DNA of 64,000 bases from an uncultured Candidatus Saccharibacteria bacterium (GTDB lineage: Bacteria; Patescibacteriota; Dojkabacteria; J137): positions 573,009 to 637,008 of the forward strand of contig OZ246402.1 in NCBI GenBank assembly GCA_965230975.1. Reading direction: 5' to 3'. This document shows positions 8,298-19,144 of this stretch, piece by piece. Numbering within the stretch: position 1 is the stretch's first letter; each line of letters begins with the position of its first letter. The notes under the pieces are model-generated. The model saw only the letters and a list, made by a program, of their open reading frames with translations. It was not told the DNA's origin and made no database searches. The position numbers and the translations under genes are program-made.

Positions 8298-10586
8298 ATG
8301 AGTAAAATAAATTTAAAAATAAAAAAACCACAATTTAATATAAAAAATATTAAATTTGAAAAACCAAAGTTCAGCATGCCAAAAATAAGCTTAAAAAATA
8401 TTTGGATAATTCTTTCAAAAGAACTTTATAACTTTTTTACACAACCTATTGGCTATATTATTTCTACTATTTTTGTAATTGCATTCTTAATAATTACTTT
8501 TGGAGTTCAAAAATATTTACAGTATGGTACAAACAACCTATCTCAAATATTTGGCTATACAGCATTTTTACTATCAATTGTAATACCTGCAATTACAATG
8601 AGTAGCATATCTAAAGAGAGACAATCTGGCACATTAGAATATATATTAACCAGGCCAATAAGGGTTGTTGAATATATTTTGGGCAAAATTGCCGGCAACT
8701 CTTTAATAGTGTTTGTATTGTTACTAACTACTATACCTTTCACTTTAATTGCATCTGGTCACACACAATTTGATTTTGGGCAATTAGTTATGCAATATTT
8801 TGGATCTATGGTTTTTTCTGTAGCACTAGTAAGTGTAGGTGTTGCAGTTTCTGCAGGCTTTAAAAATGAAATTGGTGCTTTCTTAACTACAATTATTTTA
8901 TCTGCACTACTTATCTTGCTTGGTTCAGAATTAATTAGATTACCACTTATTTTAGATCCATTTATAAGTAAGTTCAGTTTAATATCTCACTATCAAGTAA
9001 TATCACAAGGCGTTATTGACATTAGAGATGTTATTTACTTTGTAGCCTTTATAATAACTTTTGTATTTATTGGATTTTATTTAGTTAAAAAAGATAAATA
9101 CCCACAAGATCATCAAGATCGAATTGGTTTAAGAAATTTAGTAATACTAAGTGTTGTAATAACATTATTAGTAGGTTATTTTGGTCAACAACTTGTTGGC
9201 AGAATAGACTTAACATCTAATAAGCTATATACATTATCTGAAGCCTCAACTCAAACAATTAATAATGTAAAAGATTTGGTTACTATAGATATTTATAAAT
9301 CTTCGGGTTTACCATTAGAATACGAATCAGAAATTAGATCAATCGAGGCCTTATTTTCAGATTATAAAAGCTATTCTGGTGGAAAGTTAGAATTAAATTA
9401 CAAAGATCCATCTACCTCAGATACAGCAAAATCAGATGCACAATCTGCAGGGTTAACTCCAGTAAATTTTACATCACAAAGCAACACATCTGCTCAGGTT
9501 GTAGAGGGTTATTTTGGCGCTGTAGTTAGATATAAAGATGATTCTCAAACAATTAACTTAATTGATGTGAATAATAACGCTTTGGTTTTAAATCCAGAAT
9601 ATGAAGTTACAAAAGCAATTAGAAGATTAACTAATTCAGAGTTAAAGAAAATCGCATTTGTAACTAATAATGTTGGGGCATCTAGATCATCTAACTTTAC
9701 AGGCTGGGATTCAGAATTGTCTTCATTATTTAATGTTGTAGATTTAGAGATTAAAGCCGAAGAAGATATCCCAACAGATGTGGCTGCATTGATTATTGCA
9801 GCTCCAAATGCAAAATTTGATGATGCAATTTTAAATAAGCTTAAGACCTACTACAGTAATGGAGGTTCAATTTTCTTGTTAACTAATAGCTTAAATGTAA
9901 CAGATTTAGCACAAGCTCCAACTGTTAACGAAGGTAGCCTGACAGAGCTTTTTGCAGATTATGGAATAGGAATTAATAGCGAGATTGTTTATGATTTAGA
10001 AAGCTACAATACTGTAAATATTCAAGGTTATTTATTCCCAATTGCTTATCCATTTTGGATTACTGCAGAAACAACAGATGTTGACTTGGCTCCAGTAAAA
10101 GGTGTAAATCAATTATCTTTGCTTTGGACAAATTCAATTAGTTTAGAATCAAAAGAGGGAAGCCAATATTGGGAGCTTGCAAAAACAACAAACTCATCAA
10201 ATGGTGAAGGTGCAGATAAAGTTTCTTTATCTTTAGATAGAGAATACACATTTCAAGAATCAGATAAATCTAGATTAATCGCGCTTGCAACTGAAAATAG
10301 TAAACAAGGTAGGGCTGTAATTGTTGCGGATTGGAAGTTTTTAAGTGATACAAATAGTTTGGTAAGCAGGTTAGATAATTTAACATTTGGAATTTCTTCG
10401 GTTGAATGGCTTACTAAAGAAGATGGCTTATCTAGTATTAAAGCTAAAGATAGAGCACCGTTAAGAGTAATTTTAACAGAATCAGAAGGATTAACCTTAG
10501 TTGCTTTAAGCTTTGTAATACCGGCAATCGGATTAATAGTAGTAGCATCTTCACAATACTACCTAAGAAAACGATTAGACGCTTAA
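8298..10586 (+). CDS. ABC-2 type permease fused to a GldG-like auxiliary domain
   Basis: N-terminal six-TM ABC-2 permease-like region, C-terminal about 450-aa soluble domain and terminal TM, as in GldF+GldG. The N-terminal 26 codons are a low-complexity K-rich repeat; the true start may be the Met at about 8376. Confidence 0.55.
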   Translation: MSKINLKIKKPQFNIKNIKFEKPKFSMPKISLKNIWIILSKELYNFFTQPIGYIISTIFVIAFLIITFGVQKYLQYGTNNLSQIFGYTAFLLSIVIPAITMSSISKERQSGTLEYILTRPIRVVEYILGKIAGNSLIVFVLLLTTIPFTLIASGHTQFDFGQLVMQYFGSMVFSVALVSVGVAVSAGFKNEIGAFLTTIILSALLILLGSELIRLPLILDPFISKFSLISHYQVISQGVIDIRDVIYFVAFIITFVFIGFYLVKKDKYPQDHQDRIGLRNLVILSVVITLLVGYFGQQLVGRIDLTSNKLYTLSEASTQTINNVKDLVTIDIYKSSGLPLEYESEIRSIEALFSDYKSYSGGKLELNYKDPSTSDTAKSDAQSAGLTPVNFTSQSNTSAQVVEGYFGAVVRYKDDSQTINLIDVNNNALVLNPEYEVTKAIRRLTNSELKKIAFVTNNVGASRSSNFTGWDSELSSLFNVVDLEIKAEEDIPTDVAALIIAAPNAKFDDAILNKLKTYYSNGGSIFLLTNSLNVTDLAQAPTVNEGSLTELFADYGIGINSEIVYDLESYNTVNIQGYLFPIAYPFWITAETTDVDLAPVKGVNQLSLLWTNSISLESKEGSQYWELAKTTNSSNGEGADKVSLSLDREYTFQESDKSRLIALATENSKQGRAVIVADWKFLSDTNSLVSRLDNLTFGISSVEWLTKEDGLSSIKAKDRAPLRVILTESEGLTLVALSFVIPAIGLIVVASSQYYLRKRLDA

Positions 10587-10611
10587 ATCGTTTCGATACT
10601 ACAACAATAAA

Positions 10612-10643
10612 ACGGGGGATTGGTTTGAAAACCAATCCCCCGT
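10612..10643. terminator. Perfect 14-bp stem hairpin between convergent genes (putative bidirectional terminator)
   Basis: acgggggattggtt-tgaa-aaccaatcccccgt; T-rich tract on the minus-strand side. Confidence 0.5.
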
Positions 10644-10719
10644 ACAATCCTAACCCATTTGCCAATACTTAAAAAAGCTCTAGTGCATTATGGTAATTGT
10701 GTAATTTAAACTAATAACA

Positions 10720-11676
10720 CTAGTTTATTCCAAATATTATTGCTACCTCGGTGATTAATAATGCGATATAAAGTCCAGTTAGCATAAAACCTTCGGTTCG
10801 ACTAACTTTTTTACCAGTCCAAGTGGCAACTCCAAACATTATTAAGGTTAATAATAAAATTACAGTGGATGGAATTATTGCTATAAAGCTATCAATTTTA
10901 ACGCCACCCGCCATTATTGCCAGTAATCCTAAAATGCCTGGGTTTACGCATGCGCTTCCAAAAAAATTACCTAAAGCAAGCGCTTCGTTATCTCTATTCT
11001 TTTTTGAAATTGCTAAAATTGTAAGCTCGGGTAAGTTTGTCCCAATTGCTAAAACTAAAACTCCAATAACCGCAGGAGAAATAGAAAGTATTAGTGCCAG
11101 ACTTTCTGCTAGCTTAACAGTCATTGAAGATGAAATTAGAAGCAAAACAATACCAATACTTGCTTTCCCAATAAGTCTAGATAGCTTTTTAATATTAATA
11201 TTTGCATGTTTTTTTAAAGCTACCTGATTAAATTTTCTATTAAGATAAGCAATAAAAATAAAATAACCACCTAATAAAGCAATCCCTTCGGTTATTGAAA
11301 TATACTTATCTAAAATCGAAATTACCATAAAAGTAATGAGTCCAACTCCCATTAAAACCTCTTTCTCTTGAAATCTATTTTTAAATTCTAATTTGCCGTA
11401 CTTAACTGCAGATAAACCAATAACTAAAGTTAAAAGTACTGTTGTAGCACCAATTAAATTCCCAACAGAAAGTTCCGGTAATTCCTGGCTAGAGAGTACA
11501 GATATAGATATCTCGGGTAAAGATGTAATAATGCTTAAAACTACAAACCCAGTAAAAAATTCGCTTACATGAAGTTTCCTAGAAAGAAAAACAAAAGAGC
11601 CTTCTACAAGCTCTGCGGATTTAACTAAAATTAACAAAAAAAATAATAACGCACCAACTATACCTAATACTTCCAT
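10720..11676 (-). CDS. CaCA family cation/Ca2+ exchanger (YrbG-like)
   Basis: Two alpha-repeat motifs (GNLIGATTVLLTL and LAIGTNLPELTILAISKK), 10 predicted TMs. Confidence 0.7.
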   Translation of the reverse strand: MEVLGIVGALLFFLLILVKSAELVEGSFVFLSRKLHVSEFFTGFVVLSIITSLPEISISVLSSQELPELSVGNLIGATTVLLTLVIGLSAVKYGKLEFKNRFQEKEVLMGVGLITFMVISILDKYISITEGIALLGGYFIFIAYLNRKFNQVALKKHANINIKKLSRLIGKASIGIVLLLISSSMTVKLAESLALILSISPAVIGVLVLAIGTNLPELTILAISKKNRDNEALALGNFFGSACVNPGILGLLAIMAGGVKIDSFIAIIPSTVILLLTLIMFGVATWTGKKVSRTEGFMLTGLYIALLITEVAIIFGIN

Positions 11677-11739
11677 TTGTTTTTATATAATTATCTTCGC
11701 TATTCTAGTATACTGTGCATATTAAGTAAATTTATTTTT

Positions 11740-13581
11740 ATGGATCAATATTCTAATATTCAAGAGATTTCCAAAACATTAAGATACTGGATTTTAAAAT
11801 CAACAACACAAGCCCAAAGTGGTCACCCAACATCGTCAATGTCTGCAGTAGAGCTTATGGCAACTTTAATGTTTGCTGGGTTCTTTAAATTTAACATTTC
11901 TGATCCAAAAAATATTTATAATGATTCTCTAGTTTTTTCAAAAGGACATGCATCTCCTTTGTTTTATTCATTGTGGGCTGCGGCAAGGGGCTTGGATTAT
12001 GAAGAATTAATGAGTTTACGAAAATTAAACTCCAGATTAGAAGGTCACCCAACAAAAAAATTCCCATTTACAATCGCTCCAACAGGATCTTTAGGGCAAG
12101 GGTTATCTGTTGGCGTTGGAATAGCTTTAAGCAAAAAATATTTAGATAAAGTTGATTCAAAATCATTTGTATTACTTGGAGATGGAGAGTTAGAGGAGGG
12201 GCAAGTTTGGGAAGCAGCACAAATAGCCTCTAAATATAAACTAAGTAATTTAATTGCTATTGTAGATGTAAATAGGCTAGAGCAAGCTGGAGAAACCTTA
12301 CATGAGTGGGACATTAAATCTATATCAAATAAATTTGAAGCATTTGGTTGGAAAACTTTAATAATTGAAGATGGGCATAATCTTCAATCTATTGCTTTGG
12401 CTTATGAAGAAGCCTTTAAGTCTATATATTTGCCTGTAGTTATAATTGCTAAAACTGTTAAAGGTAAGGGTTACCCTGCTTGGGAAAATGAACTTAACTA
12501 TCACTCTAAAGTTTTAAAAGAAGCAGATTTAGTGCAAGCGTTAGATAAGCTTGGTCAGGTTAATGTTAGTTTTACACTTCCGTTAACTAAGCCAGAAGTT
12601 TTTGCAAAGCTACCTGAAATAGCTTTAAAAACTACTTTGCCAGAATCTTTATCTTTTGATGAAACTCAAAATCTTGCAACTAAAGCTGTTTATGGAAAGG
12701 TATTAAATTACTTAAAACAAAGTAATAAAAATATAGTTGCCCTAGATGCAGGTGTGAAAAACTCTACAATGGCCCAAGATTATAGTGATAAAAATCAAGA
12801 TAGTTTCTTTGAAATGTTTATAGCAGAGCAGAATATGGTTAGTGTTGCGGTTGGACTAGCAACAACTGGTAAAGTTCCTTTTGTTTCTACATTTGCAACT
12901 TTCTTTACAAGGGCATTTGATCAAATCAGAATGGCATCTCAATCTAATGAAAATATTAAGCTTGTTGGTTCGTATTGTGGTGTTTCTATTGGAATGGACG
13001 GGCAGTCTCAAATGGGTTTAGAAGATATTGCTATGATTAGAGCCTTAAATCACTCTGTTGTTTTATATCCATCAGATATTTACTCAATGAAAGCAATGAT
13101 GGAGCTAGCTTTGGCCTATAAAGGTTTGGTATATATAAGAGCCACTAGAGAACCATCTAAATCTATTTATAATATTAATGAGAAATTTACTGTTGGAGGG
13201 TTTAAAACTTTTGAAAATGATTCAAATTCTAGTGTTGTTGCAACTGTTATTTCTGCAGGTATCACCTTACAAGAAGCATTAATCGCTCAAGAGCAATTAG
13301 AGAATCAAGGTACAAATATTCAAGTAATTGACTTATATTCAATAAAACCAATAGATTTTGAAAAATTAAAACAAGCTATAAAAAGTAATAATATAGTTAT
13401 TGTAGAAGATCACTTTCCACAAGGTGGTATTGGAGAAGCAGTAATGAGTGGGTTAATAAATTCTAACTACAAATTTAAACATTTAGCTGTAAAAAAACAG
13501 CCTATGAGTGGTTTACCTGCCGAATTACTAAAGCATGAAGAGTTAGATTCACAAGCTATTATTAAAGCTTGTAGTAATTAA
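11740..13581 (+). CDS. tkt: transketolase
   Basis: TPP-binding GHPTSSMSAVELMATL and GDGELEEGQVWEAAQIAS motifs, full length. The track start at 11677 is a TTG; the ATG at 11740 is more likely. Confidence 0.85.
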   Translation: MDQYSNIQEISKTLRYWILKSTTQAQSGHPTSSMSAVELMATLMFAGFFKFNISDPKNIYNDSLVFSKGHASPLFYSLWAAARGLDYEELMSLRKLNSRLEGHPTKKFPFTIAPTGSLGQGLSVGVGIALSKKYLDKVDSKSFVLLGDGELEEGQVWEAAQIASKYKLSNLIAIVDVNRLEQAGETLHEWDIKSISNKFEAFGWKTLIIEDGHNLQSIALAYEEAFKSIYLPVVIIAKTVKGKGYPAWENELNYHSKVLKEADLVQALDKLGQVNVSFTLPLTKPEVFAKLPEIALKTTLPESLSFDETQNLATKAVYGKVLNYLKQSNKNIVALDAGVKNSTMAQDYSDKNQDSFFEMFIAEQNMVSVAVGLATTGKVPFVSTFATFFTRAFDQIRMASQSNENIKLVGSYCGVSIGMDGQSQMGLEDIAMIRALNHSVVLYPSDIYSMKAMMELALAYKGLVYIRATREPSKSIYNINEKFTVGGFKTFENDSNSSVVATVISAGITLQEALIAQEQLENQGTNIQVIDLYSIKPIDFEKLKQAIKSNNIVIVEDHFPQGGIGEAVMSGLINSNYKFKHLAVKKQPMSGLPAELLKHEELDSQAIIKACSN

Positions 13582-14879
13582 AAGCTAATATCTTTTACAT
13601 TTTTGAACTCTTTGTTAGAAACAATGCTTTGAAATCCAATCCTTTTGGCTTCTTTAATTCTTTTATCTTCAAAGTATACTTTTCTAATTTCTCCGGTTAG
13701 CCCAACTTCTCCAAAATAAACTTTATTACTACTTACGTTTTTATCTTTAATTGAAGATATTACAGCTGTAATTACTGCCAAATCTAGCCCAGGGTCAGTA
13801 ATTTTTATACCACCAGTAATATTCACATAAACATCGAAATCCCAGGTTGGAATTTTTAGCTTCTTATCTATAATCGCCAAAAGTATATAAAGTCTATTTA
13901 AATCAAACCCAGAGGTTGTTCTTCTGGGATTTGGAAAATATGTTTTAGTAGCTAATGCTTGCACTTCTACTGCAACTGGACGGCTACCTTCCATAACCAA
14001 TGAAAAAACTGATCCAGGTTCATCATTTTTACTTTCACTTAACAACTCTTTCGTATCACTTACTTCTGTTAATCCATTGTTGCCCATTCTAAAAATCCCA
14101 ACCTCATCTGATGGGCCAAATCTATTCTTTTCTATTCTTAAAACCCTAAACTCATAACGCTTTTCGCCCTCAAAGTAAATTACCGTATCAACCATATGTT
14201 CTACAATTTTAGGGCCTGCTATGTCCCCACTTTTCGTAACATGTCCAATCATTAAAGTGGTTATATTTAAACCTTTAGATAGGCTTGTAATTCTATTTGT
14301 AGCCTCTGCAACTTGAGAAACGGAACCGCTTGAAGATGCAATTTGCGGGTTTATTAATGTTTGAATTGAGTCTGCAACTATAAAGTCAATATCTTTAGCG
14401 TGAGAAGATATGTATCTCTCTAAATTGTCTACATTTACCTCTGGTAAAAATAAGACGTTACTAAGCTTTAGTTTTAGTCTATCTGCACGTTCTTTAATTT
14501 GATGCGGAGATTCTTCTCCGGCAATATATATAATTTTTAAACCTTGATTAGATAAAGTTTCTATTATTTGTAAAGTTAAGGTACTTTTACCAATACCAGG
14601 CTCTCCAGAAAATAGTATTACCTGTCCTTGAACCATTCTTCCACCAATTGCATTATCAAATTCGCTTATACCTGTTTTTATTTGAGATAATTTTGTTTCC
14701 TTTTCAAGTTCAGAAAGTTTTACAGGGGACACAGTAGAATTTGTTAGCTTACTTTTTTTTGTAGCTTTTTTATCTTCTACTCTACCTTCTAGTTCTATAA
14801 TTGTATTCCACAAGCCACAACTATCACATTGACCTTGCCATTTGTTGTATTCTTTTTGGCAGTTTGAACAAATATACAT
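13578..14879 (-). CDS. radA: DNA repair protein RadA/Sms
   Basis: N-terminal C4 zinc finger (CSNCQ...CDSCG), Walker A GEPGIGKST, KNRFG motif (RIEKNRFGP), Lon-like C-terminal domain. Confidence 0.9.
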   Translation of the reverse strand: MYICSNCQKEYNKWQGQCDSCGLWNTIIELEGRVEDKKATKKSKLTNSTVSPVKLSELEKETKLSQIKTGISEFDNAIGGRMVQGQVILFSGEPGIGKSTLTLQIIETLSNQGLKIIYIAGEESPHQIKERADRLKLKLSNVLFLPEVNVDNLERYISSHAKDIDFIVADSIQTLINPQIASSSGSVSQVAEATNRITSLSKGLNITTLMIGHVTKSGDIAGPKIVEHMVDTVIYFEGEKRYEFRVLRIEKNRFGPSDEVGIFRMGNNGLTEVSDTKELLSESKNDEPGSVFSLVMEGSRPVAVEVQALATKTYFPNPRRTTSGFDLNRLYILLAIIDKKLKIPTWDFDVYVNITGGIKITDPGLDLAVITAVISSIKDKNVSSNKVYFGEVGLTGEIRKVYFEDKRIKEAKRIGFQSIVSNKEFKNVKDISF

Positions 14880-14986
14880 ATAATGTTGTTAATTAAATTT
14901 ATTTTACTATGAGTGAACCAAAAATAAACATATTTTCTGCTAATGATGCATAAAAAGAGTCATGGAGTTTTGAAACTATCAAAGTC

Positions 14987-15331
14987 TTGAGACGCGACAT
15001 TTCTAACTATTTAAAATCATTTGAGAGTATTGAATCGCTATCGGTATTACAACTAGAGTTTTTTATCGATTTGCTTAAAAGATTGATATACGTAACAAAT
15101 AAGTATCTTAAGTTTACTTACTCATTAAAAGACCTAAATGATAATTACTCTATACTAATGTCCATGGTAAACACAGATGAAAATTTAGATGATACGTATT
15201 ATAAGCTGGTAAACAAAAGTGAAGGTCTGATAGATATAGGCGAGCTAATGTCTTTAATGATTTTATGTTACGAAATTCTTGAAGAAAGGAAGGAATTGCT
15301 ACATAACAAAAAAATATCAACGGAGGGTTAA
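14987..15331 (+). CDS. hypothetical protein
   Basis: ORF only. Confidence 0.4.
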   Translation: MRRDISNYLKSFESIESLSVLQLEFFIDLLKRLIYVTNKYLKFTYSLKDLNDNYSILMSMVNTDENLDDTYYKLVNKSEGLIDIGELMSLMILCYEILEERKELLHNKKISTEG

Positions 15332-15656
15332 TCTCTTTTAGCTATAATTTAAGCTTTGGCAACTAATCATTTTGTATAATTGTCAGTATTAAATAGATGT
15401 AAATGTTGATCTTCTATAATCGTAATATATAATGCTAAGTAGGGAGTTTAATTTAAAGTGATATAATTAGTAAATAAGTTTTAGATTTGCTTGTTACAAA
15501 AAGTTTATAATTAGACTATTTAATATTTTGAATTTTTAAGAAGATATAAGCTCTTAATACAATATAATGCAAAATATTAGTTTATTTTTGACTTAATTGA
15601 AAAATAGAGCCATTTTTATATAAAATTGATACGTAACTTATTTGTCACTATAAGTT

Positions 15657-16238
15657 GTGGACAATATGAGAGATTTAAAAATACTACAACACGATTTTTA
15701 TAGCTCGAAAACTACAGTGGACTTAGCTAAATCGCTATTAGGTAAGTATTTGGTTAGAGAGCTTGAAAATACAGTTTTAATAGGCCAAATAAATGAAGTT
15801 GAAGCATATCTGCAAAATGACCCCGCCAGCCACTCATTTAAAGGTTTAACTAATCGAACTTCACCAATGTTTGAAGAGCCAGGAACTGTGTATGTTTACT
15901 TTACATACGGTAAGCACTGGTGTTTTAACATAGCTGGCAATAATAAAGGTATAGGAGAAGGTGTTTTAATTCGAAGCGTAATACCGTTAGTAGGAATTGA
16001 CACTATGTTGAAAAATAGAGGTGTTGAAAGTATAGAAAACATTTCTAATGGACCAGGTAAAATAACAAAAGCATATCAAATTGATGCTTCATTTAATGGT
16101 CATAAGATTTGGAACCCACCTTTATATATTGCTACTGATGATACGAAAATTGAAGAGAATAGAATTGAGTCAACTTCACGAATTGGAATTACTAAAAATA
16201 AAGATGCAATGTTACGATTTGTTTTGGTTGAAAAATAA
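15657..16238 (+). CDS. mpg: DNA-3-methyladenine glycosylase (Mpg/AAG family)
   Basis: TVDLAKSLLGKYLVR..NEVEAYLQNDPASHSFKG..TVYVYFTYGKHWCFNIAG..GEGVLIRSV..NGPGKITKA matches the AAG family pattern across the length. Confidence 0.8.
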   Translation: MDNMRDLKILQHDFYSSKTTVDLAKSLLGKYLVRELENTVLIGQINEVEAYLQNDPASHSFKGLTNRTSPMFEEPGTVYVYFTYGKHWCFNIAGNNKGIGEGVLIRSVIPLVGIDTMLKNRGVESIENISNGPGKITKAYQIDASFNGHKIWNPPLYIATDDTKIEENRIESTSRIGITKNKDAMLRFVLVEK

Positions 16239-16262
16239 TTAAATAAGTCATAATATATATTT

Positions 16263-16442
16263 ATGAACTCAGAAGCAACAATGCCAACTATGCCCTCCAT
16301 GCCAAATACAGAAACCAAATTGGATACTAAACCTAAGACTTCGACAAATGCTATTGAATCTTCAATTAATGCAGTTGGCGATTTTGTATTGGATACTTTT
16401 AAAGAAAGTTTATCTAGTCTTGGGAAATTAATTTTCGGCTAG
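16263..16442 (+). CDS. small ORF (59 aa) below the track threshold, coupled to the downstream gene
   Basis: ATG at 16263; stop TAG 2 nt before the ATG of the 16444 ORF; codon usage looks typical for the window. Confidence 0.3.
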   Translation: MNSEATMPTMPSMPNTETKLDTKPKTSTNAIESSINAVGDFVLDTFKESLSSLGKLIFG

Positions 16443-16443
16443 T

Positions 16444-16848
16444 ATGAATTTAAATTCTCATTACAAATTCGTAGATGATTGTAAAGATAAGTACGATAGT
16501 ATTATTTCACTTCTAGATTTAGAAGGAGATGCTGTTGCACTAAAAAATAACTTTTTTGATAAATTAAATGCTTTAGTTATAGATAAGTTATTAAGTGAAC
16601 TATCAGAAGACTTCCGAAAATCCATTTTGGATTTGCTGAAAACTAATGATTATATACAAATTCAAGAAAAGGTTTTAACTCACTTTACGGAAAAGCAAAT
16701 GGAAGATGCGTATGTTGAGAACTTTAAAATGCTTATAAGGAAAATGTTTGAATCTGCAAATTTTGATTCTATTAGATCTCAAGTTGAATCTATATTAGAA
16801 CTAACCACAGCTCCCGAGACTATTCCACAAGCTGTTACGACTGCATGA
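16444..16848 (+). CDS. hypothetical protein
   Basis: ORF only. Confidence 0.45.
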   Translation: MNLNSHYKFVDDCKDKYDSIISLLDLEGDAVALKNNFFDKLNALVIDKLLSELSEDFRKSILDLLKTNDYIQIQEKVLTHFTEKQMEDAYVENFKMLIRKMFESANFDSIRSQVESILELTTAPETIPQAVTTA

Positions 16849-17080
16849 TTCTATTAATTTCATCTACTTCTGCTTGTATTCTTCTTTTATAATCTTCTAA
16901 CAAGCTGTCCATTTTATTCTTCAATTCTACGCTATAGTTAGTAACCAAGGTATCTATATTATTTCTTTTAGATCTAACTCTGTCTTTTCTATTGCTATCA
17001 ATAATGCCGTTACTCAAGAAGTTTGTAATAGCTGTATCTACAGGTTGTATTATGGGCGAAAAATCAGGATTCATATTCAA
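16835..17080 (-). CDS. hypothetical small protein
   Basis: ORF only; convergent overlap with the previous gene. Confidence 0.35.
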   Translation of the reverse strand: MNMNPDFSPIIQPVDTAITNFLSNGIIDSNRKDRVRSKRNNIDTLVTNYSVELKNKMDSLLEDYKRRIQAEVDEINRIMQS

Positions 17081-17153
17081 TTTATTAACTAATATTGAAT
17101 ATACACCTTAGAGTTCACTAAATAACCAAATAGGTGTTAAGAAAGTGTAAATA

Positions 17154-17504
17154 CTATTTTGACAATGTTCGTCTGCTCACAAAAAGTAAATCAACAAAAT
17201 CATAAAGAGAGCCTACTGACTCGATATGTTGATCTACAATATACTTATCTAATAAGTTAAATTGAGCTTCGCCTACTCGTGTTCTTGCAGTATATAGAAT
17301 ATTGCTAATAGTAGAATCAGGAGTCACTAGGTATTGGTTTTCATGGAAGATTACATTATCCATAATTATTCTTAACGCTGTCAAAGCGCCTTCTTCTAAA
17401 TCGTTTATACTTTGGTCTATTGTAATTCCAAAGTGTTGTGCTAAAAGTACATGAACAAGTTGAGGTTCTGTAATTAAATTTAATGTAACATCTTTCCAAC
17501 TCAT
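17154..17504 (-). CDS. hypothetical protein
   Basis: ORF only. Confidence 0.4.
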   Translation of the reverse strand: MSWKDVTLNLITEPQLVHVLLAQHFGITIDQSINDLEEGALTALRIIMDNVIFHENQYLVTPDSTISNILYTARTRVGEAQFNLLDKYIVDQHIESVGSLYDFVDLLFVSRRTLSK

Positions 17505-17580
17505 ATTATTTATTTAACTGCCAAGATTATAACAAATTTGTACTTAATTGATATATTTGTAAATATTCCTAAATAGTATA

Positions 17581-18570
17581 CTAGCCAGATGTAATAATCT
17601 CATCTTCTATTTCGTCTATCTGATAAGCATCGTAACCCTTTTTTCTTAACCAGCTTGTATAAGTTTTCGTAAAACCATGAGTTGTAAAAATTGTTTGCGC
17701 CCCACATTCTTTAACAGCGTAATTAAGCCCATTCCAGTCGGCATGGTCTGAAAGAACAAACTTTTTATCTATATTTTTTGGATTAAATAATTTCATCCAC
17801 CCAGATGCCTCTGCCAAAGAATATTTTGATCTGTCAATAATATTTGCAGAAACAAAATTATGAGGTGCTAATAATAAATCTCCGGGCTTAACTTTTGATG
17901 CTTCAAACAAAGAATAACTTGGAAGTTTTACACCACTTGATTCTATTGCCTGATTCATTTCAAAGACAGATTTATATGTAAATATTCTGCCGTCAATTTG
18001 TAAGTTCTTTAAAATTCTTTGAGCTTTACCAAGAGAGTAGCAAAGAACTACACTAAAAAGCCCCAGTGATTGATTAAACTTTATCCAGTTGGACATATCT
18101 TTAAAAATATCTGCTTGTGAATCCCATCTATAAATTGGTTGAGCAAAGGTAGTTTCTGTAACAAAATTGTCGCATTTAATTGGTACGAAAGATTGAGAAA
18201 TATTGTCGTTTTCAATTTTATAATCACCTGTAATTACCCAGCTCTCGTGCTTAGTTTGAAGCTTAATTTGAGCAGAACCAACAACATGCCCCGATGGGAA
18301 AAACGTAACTTTTACACCATTAATATTTAAAACCTCACCGTACTCAACACCCATTACATTAGTTTTTTTACCTAATCTGGTTTTTAAGATTGGAATATTT
18401 TTATAGTGCGAAAGATATTGTGTATGGCCACTTATAGCATGATCTGAATGTGCGTGGGTAATTAAAGCTTTTTTTACCTTTCGCTTAGGGTCTATGTAAA
18501 AATCACCTTGAGGGCAATAAAAACCTTTATTTGTAAATTGTATTAGCGAATTTTTTTTCATGCTTTCCAA
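17581..18570 (-). CDS. MBL-fold (beta-CASP-like) exonuclease resembling the ligase-associated DNA damage response exonuclease
   Basis: N-terminus KGFYCPQGDFYIDP, HxHxDH (THAHSDHA), C-terminal DHAD motif; about 330 aa like that family. Confidence 0.5.
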   Translation of the reverse strand: MESMKKNSLIQFTNKGFYCPQGDFYIDPKRKVKKALITHAHSDHAISGHTQYLSHYKNIPILKTRLGKKTNVMGVEYGEVLNINGVKVTFFPSGHVVGSAQIKLQTKHESWVITGDYKIENDNISQSFVPIKCDNFVTETTFAQPIYRWDSQADIFKDMSNWIKFNQSLGLFSVVLCYSLGKAQRILKNLQIDGRIFTYKSVFEMNQAIESSGVKLPSYSLFEASKVKPGDLLLAPHNFVSANIIDRSKYSLAEASGWMKLFNPKNIDKKFVLSDHADWNGLNYAVKECGAQTIFTTHGFTKTYTSWLRKKGYDAYQIDEIEDEIITSG

Positions 18571-18621
18571 TAATTATTTGGTAAGCTATATTATCACTAG
18601 TATACTTATTTACTGCTAAAT

Positions 18622-19083
18622 ATGAATATTACTTGCGGGCTATTGATTTATAAAATAATTCCTAAATTACAAGTATTTTTGGTTCACCCTGGTGGCCCGT
18701 TTTGGAGCAAAAAAGATATTGGGGTTTGGAGCATTCCTAAAGGGGTAGCAGAAATTGGTGAATCTTTTGAAAGTGCTGCAATTAGAGAATTTCAAGAAGA
18801 AACAGGTTTTGATTTAGTTGTAGATTTAAAAGATCTATTGCCTTTAGGTGAGCAAAAATTACATGTTAGCAAGCTTATGCATTGCTTTGCTTTAGAAAAA
18901 GATATAGGTAATATAAAAGTTAAAAGTAACTTGTTTGAAATGGAGTGGCCATTTAAAAGTGGTAAATTTGAAAAATTTTCTGAAACAGATAAGGGTGAGT
19001 ATTTTGAGATTGAAGTAGCAAAAGAAAAGTTGAATCCAAAACAAGTAGTATTTTTAGATCGGTTAGAAAAATTATTAAATTAA
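18622..19083 (+). CDS. NUDIX hydrolase
   Basis: Canonical Nudix box GVAEIGESFESAAIREFQEETGF. Confidence 0.75.
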   Translation: MNITCGLLIYKIIPKLQVFLVHPGGPFWSKKDIGVWSIPKGVAEIGESFESAAIREFQEETGFDLVVDLKDLLPLGEQKLHVSKLMHCFALEKDIGNIKVKSNLFEMEWPFKSGKFEKFSETDKGEYFEIEVAKEKLNPKQVVFLDRLEKLLN

Positions 19084-19096
19084 AATATTATAAAAA

Positions 19097-19124
19097 ACCC
19101 CTCAATAAAAAGTTTATTGAGGGG
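19097..19124. terminator. Hairpin between convergent genes (putative terminator)
   Basis: cccctcaataaa-aagt-ttattgagggg with flanking T-rich tracts on both strands. Confidence 0.55.
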
Positions 19125-19144
19125 TTAACTTTTGTTTATAAAAG

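Noticed and set aside
7369-10586. Calling the ABC ATPase and permease/GldG-like pair gliding-motility genes gldA/gldF/gldG
   Set aside because: Only the generic ABC-2 plus auxiliary-domain architecture is visible. No other gld genes are present, and this architecture is widespread outside gliding bacteria.
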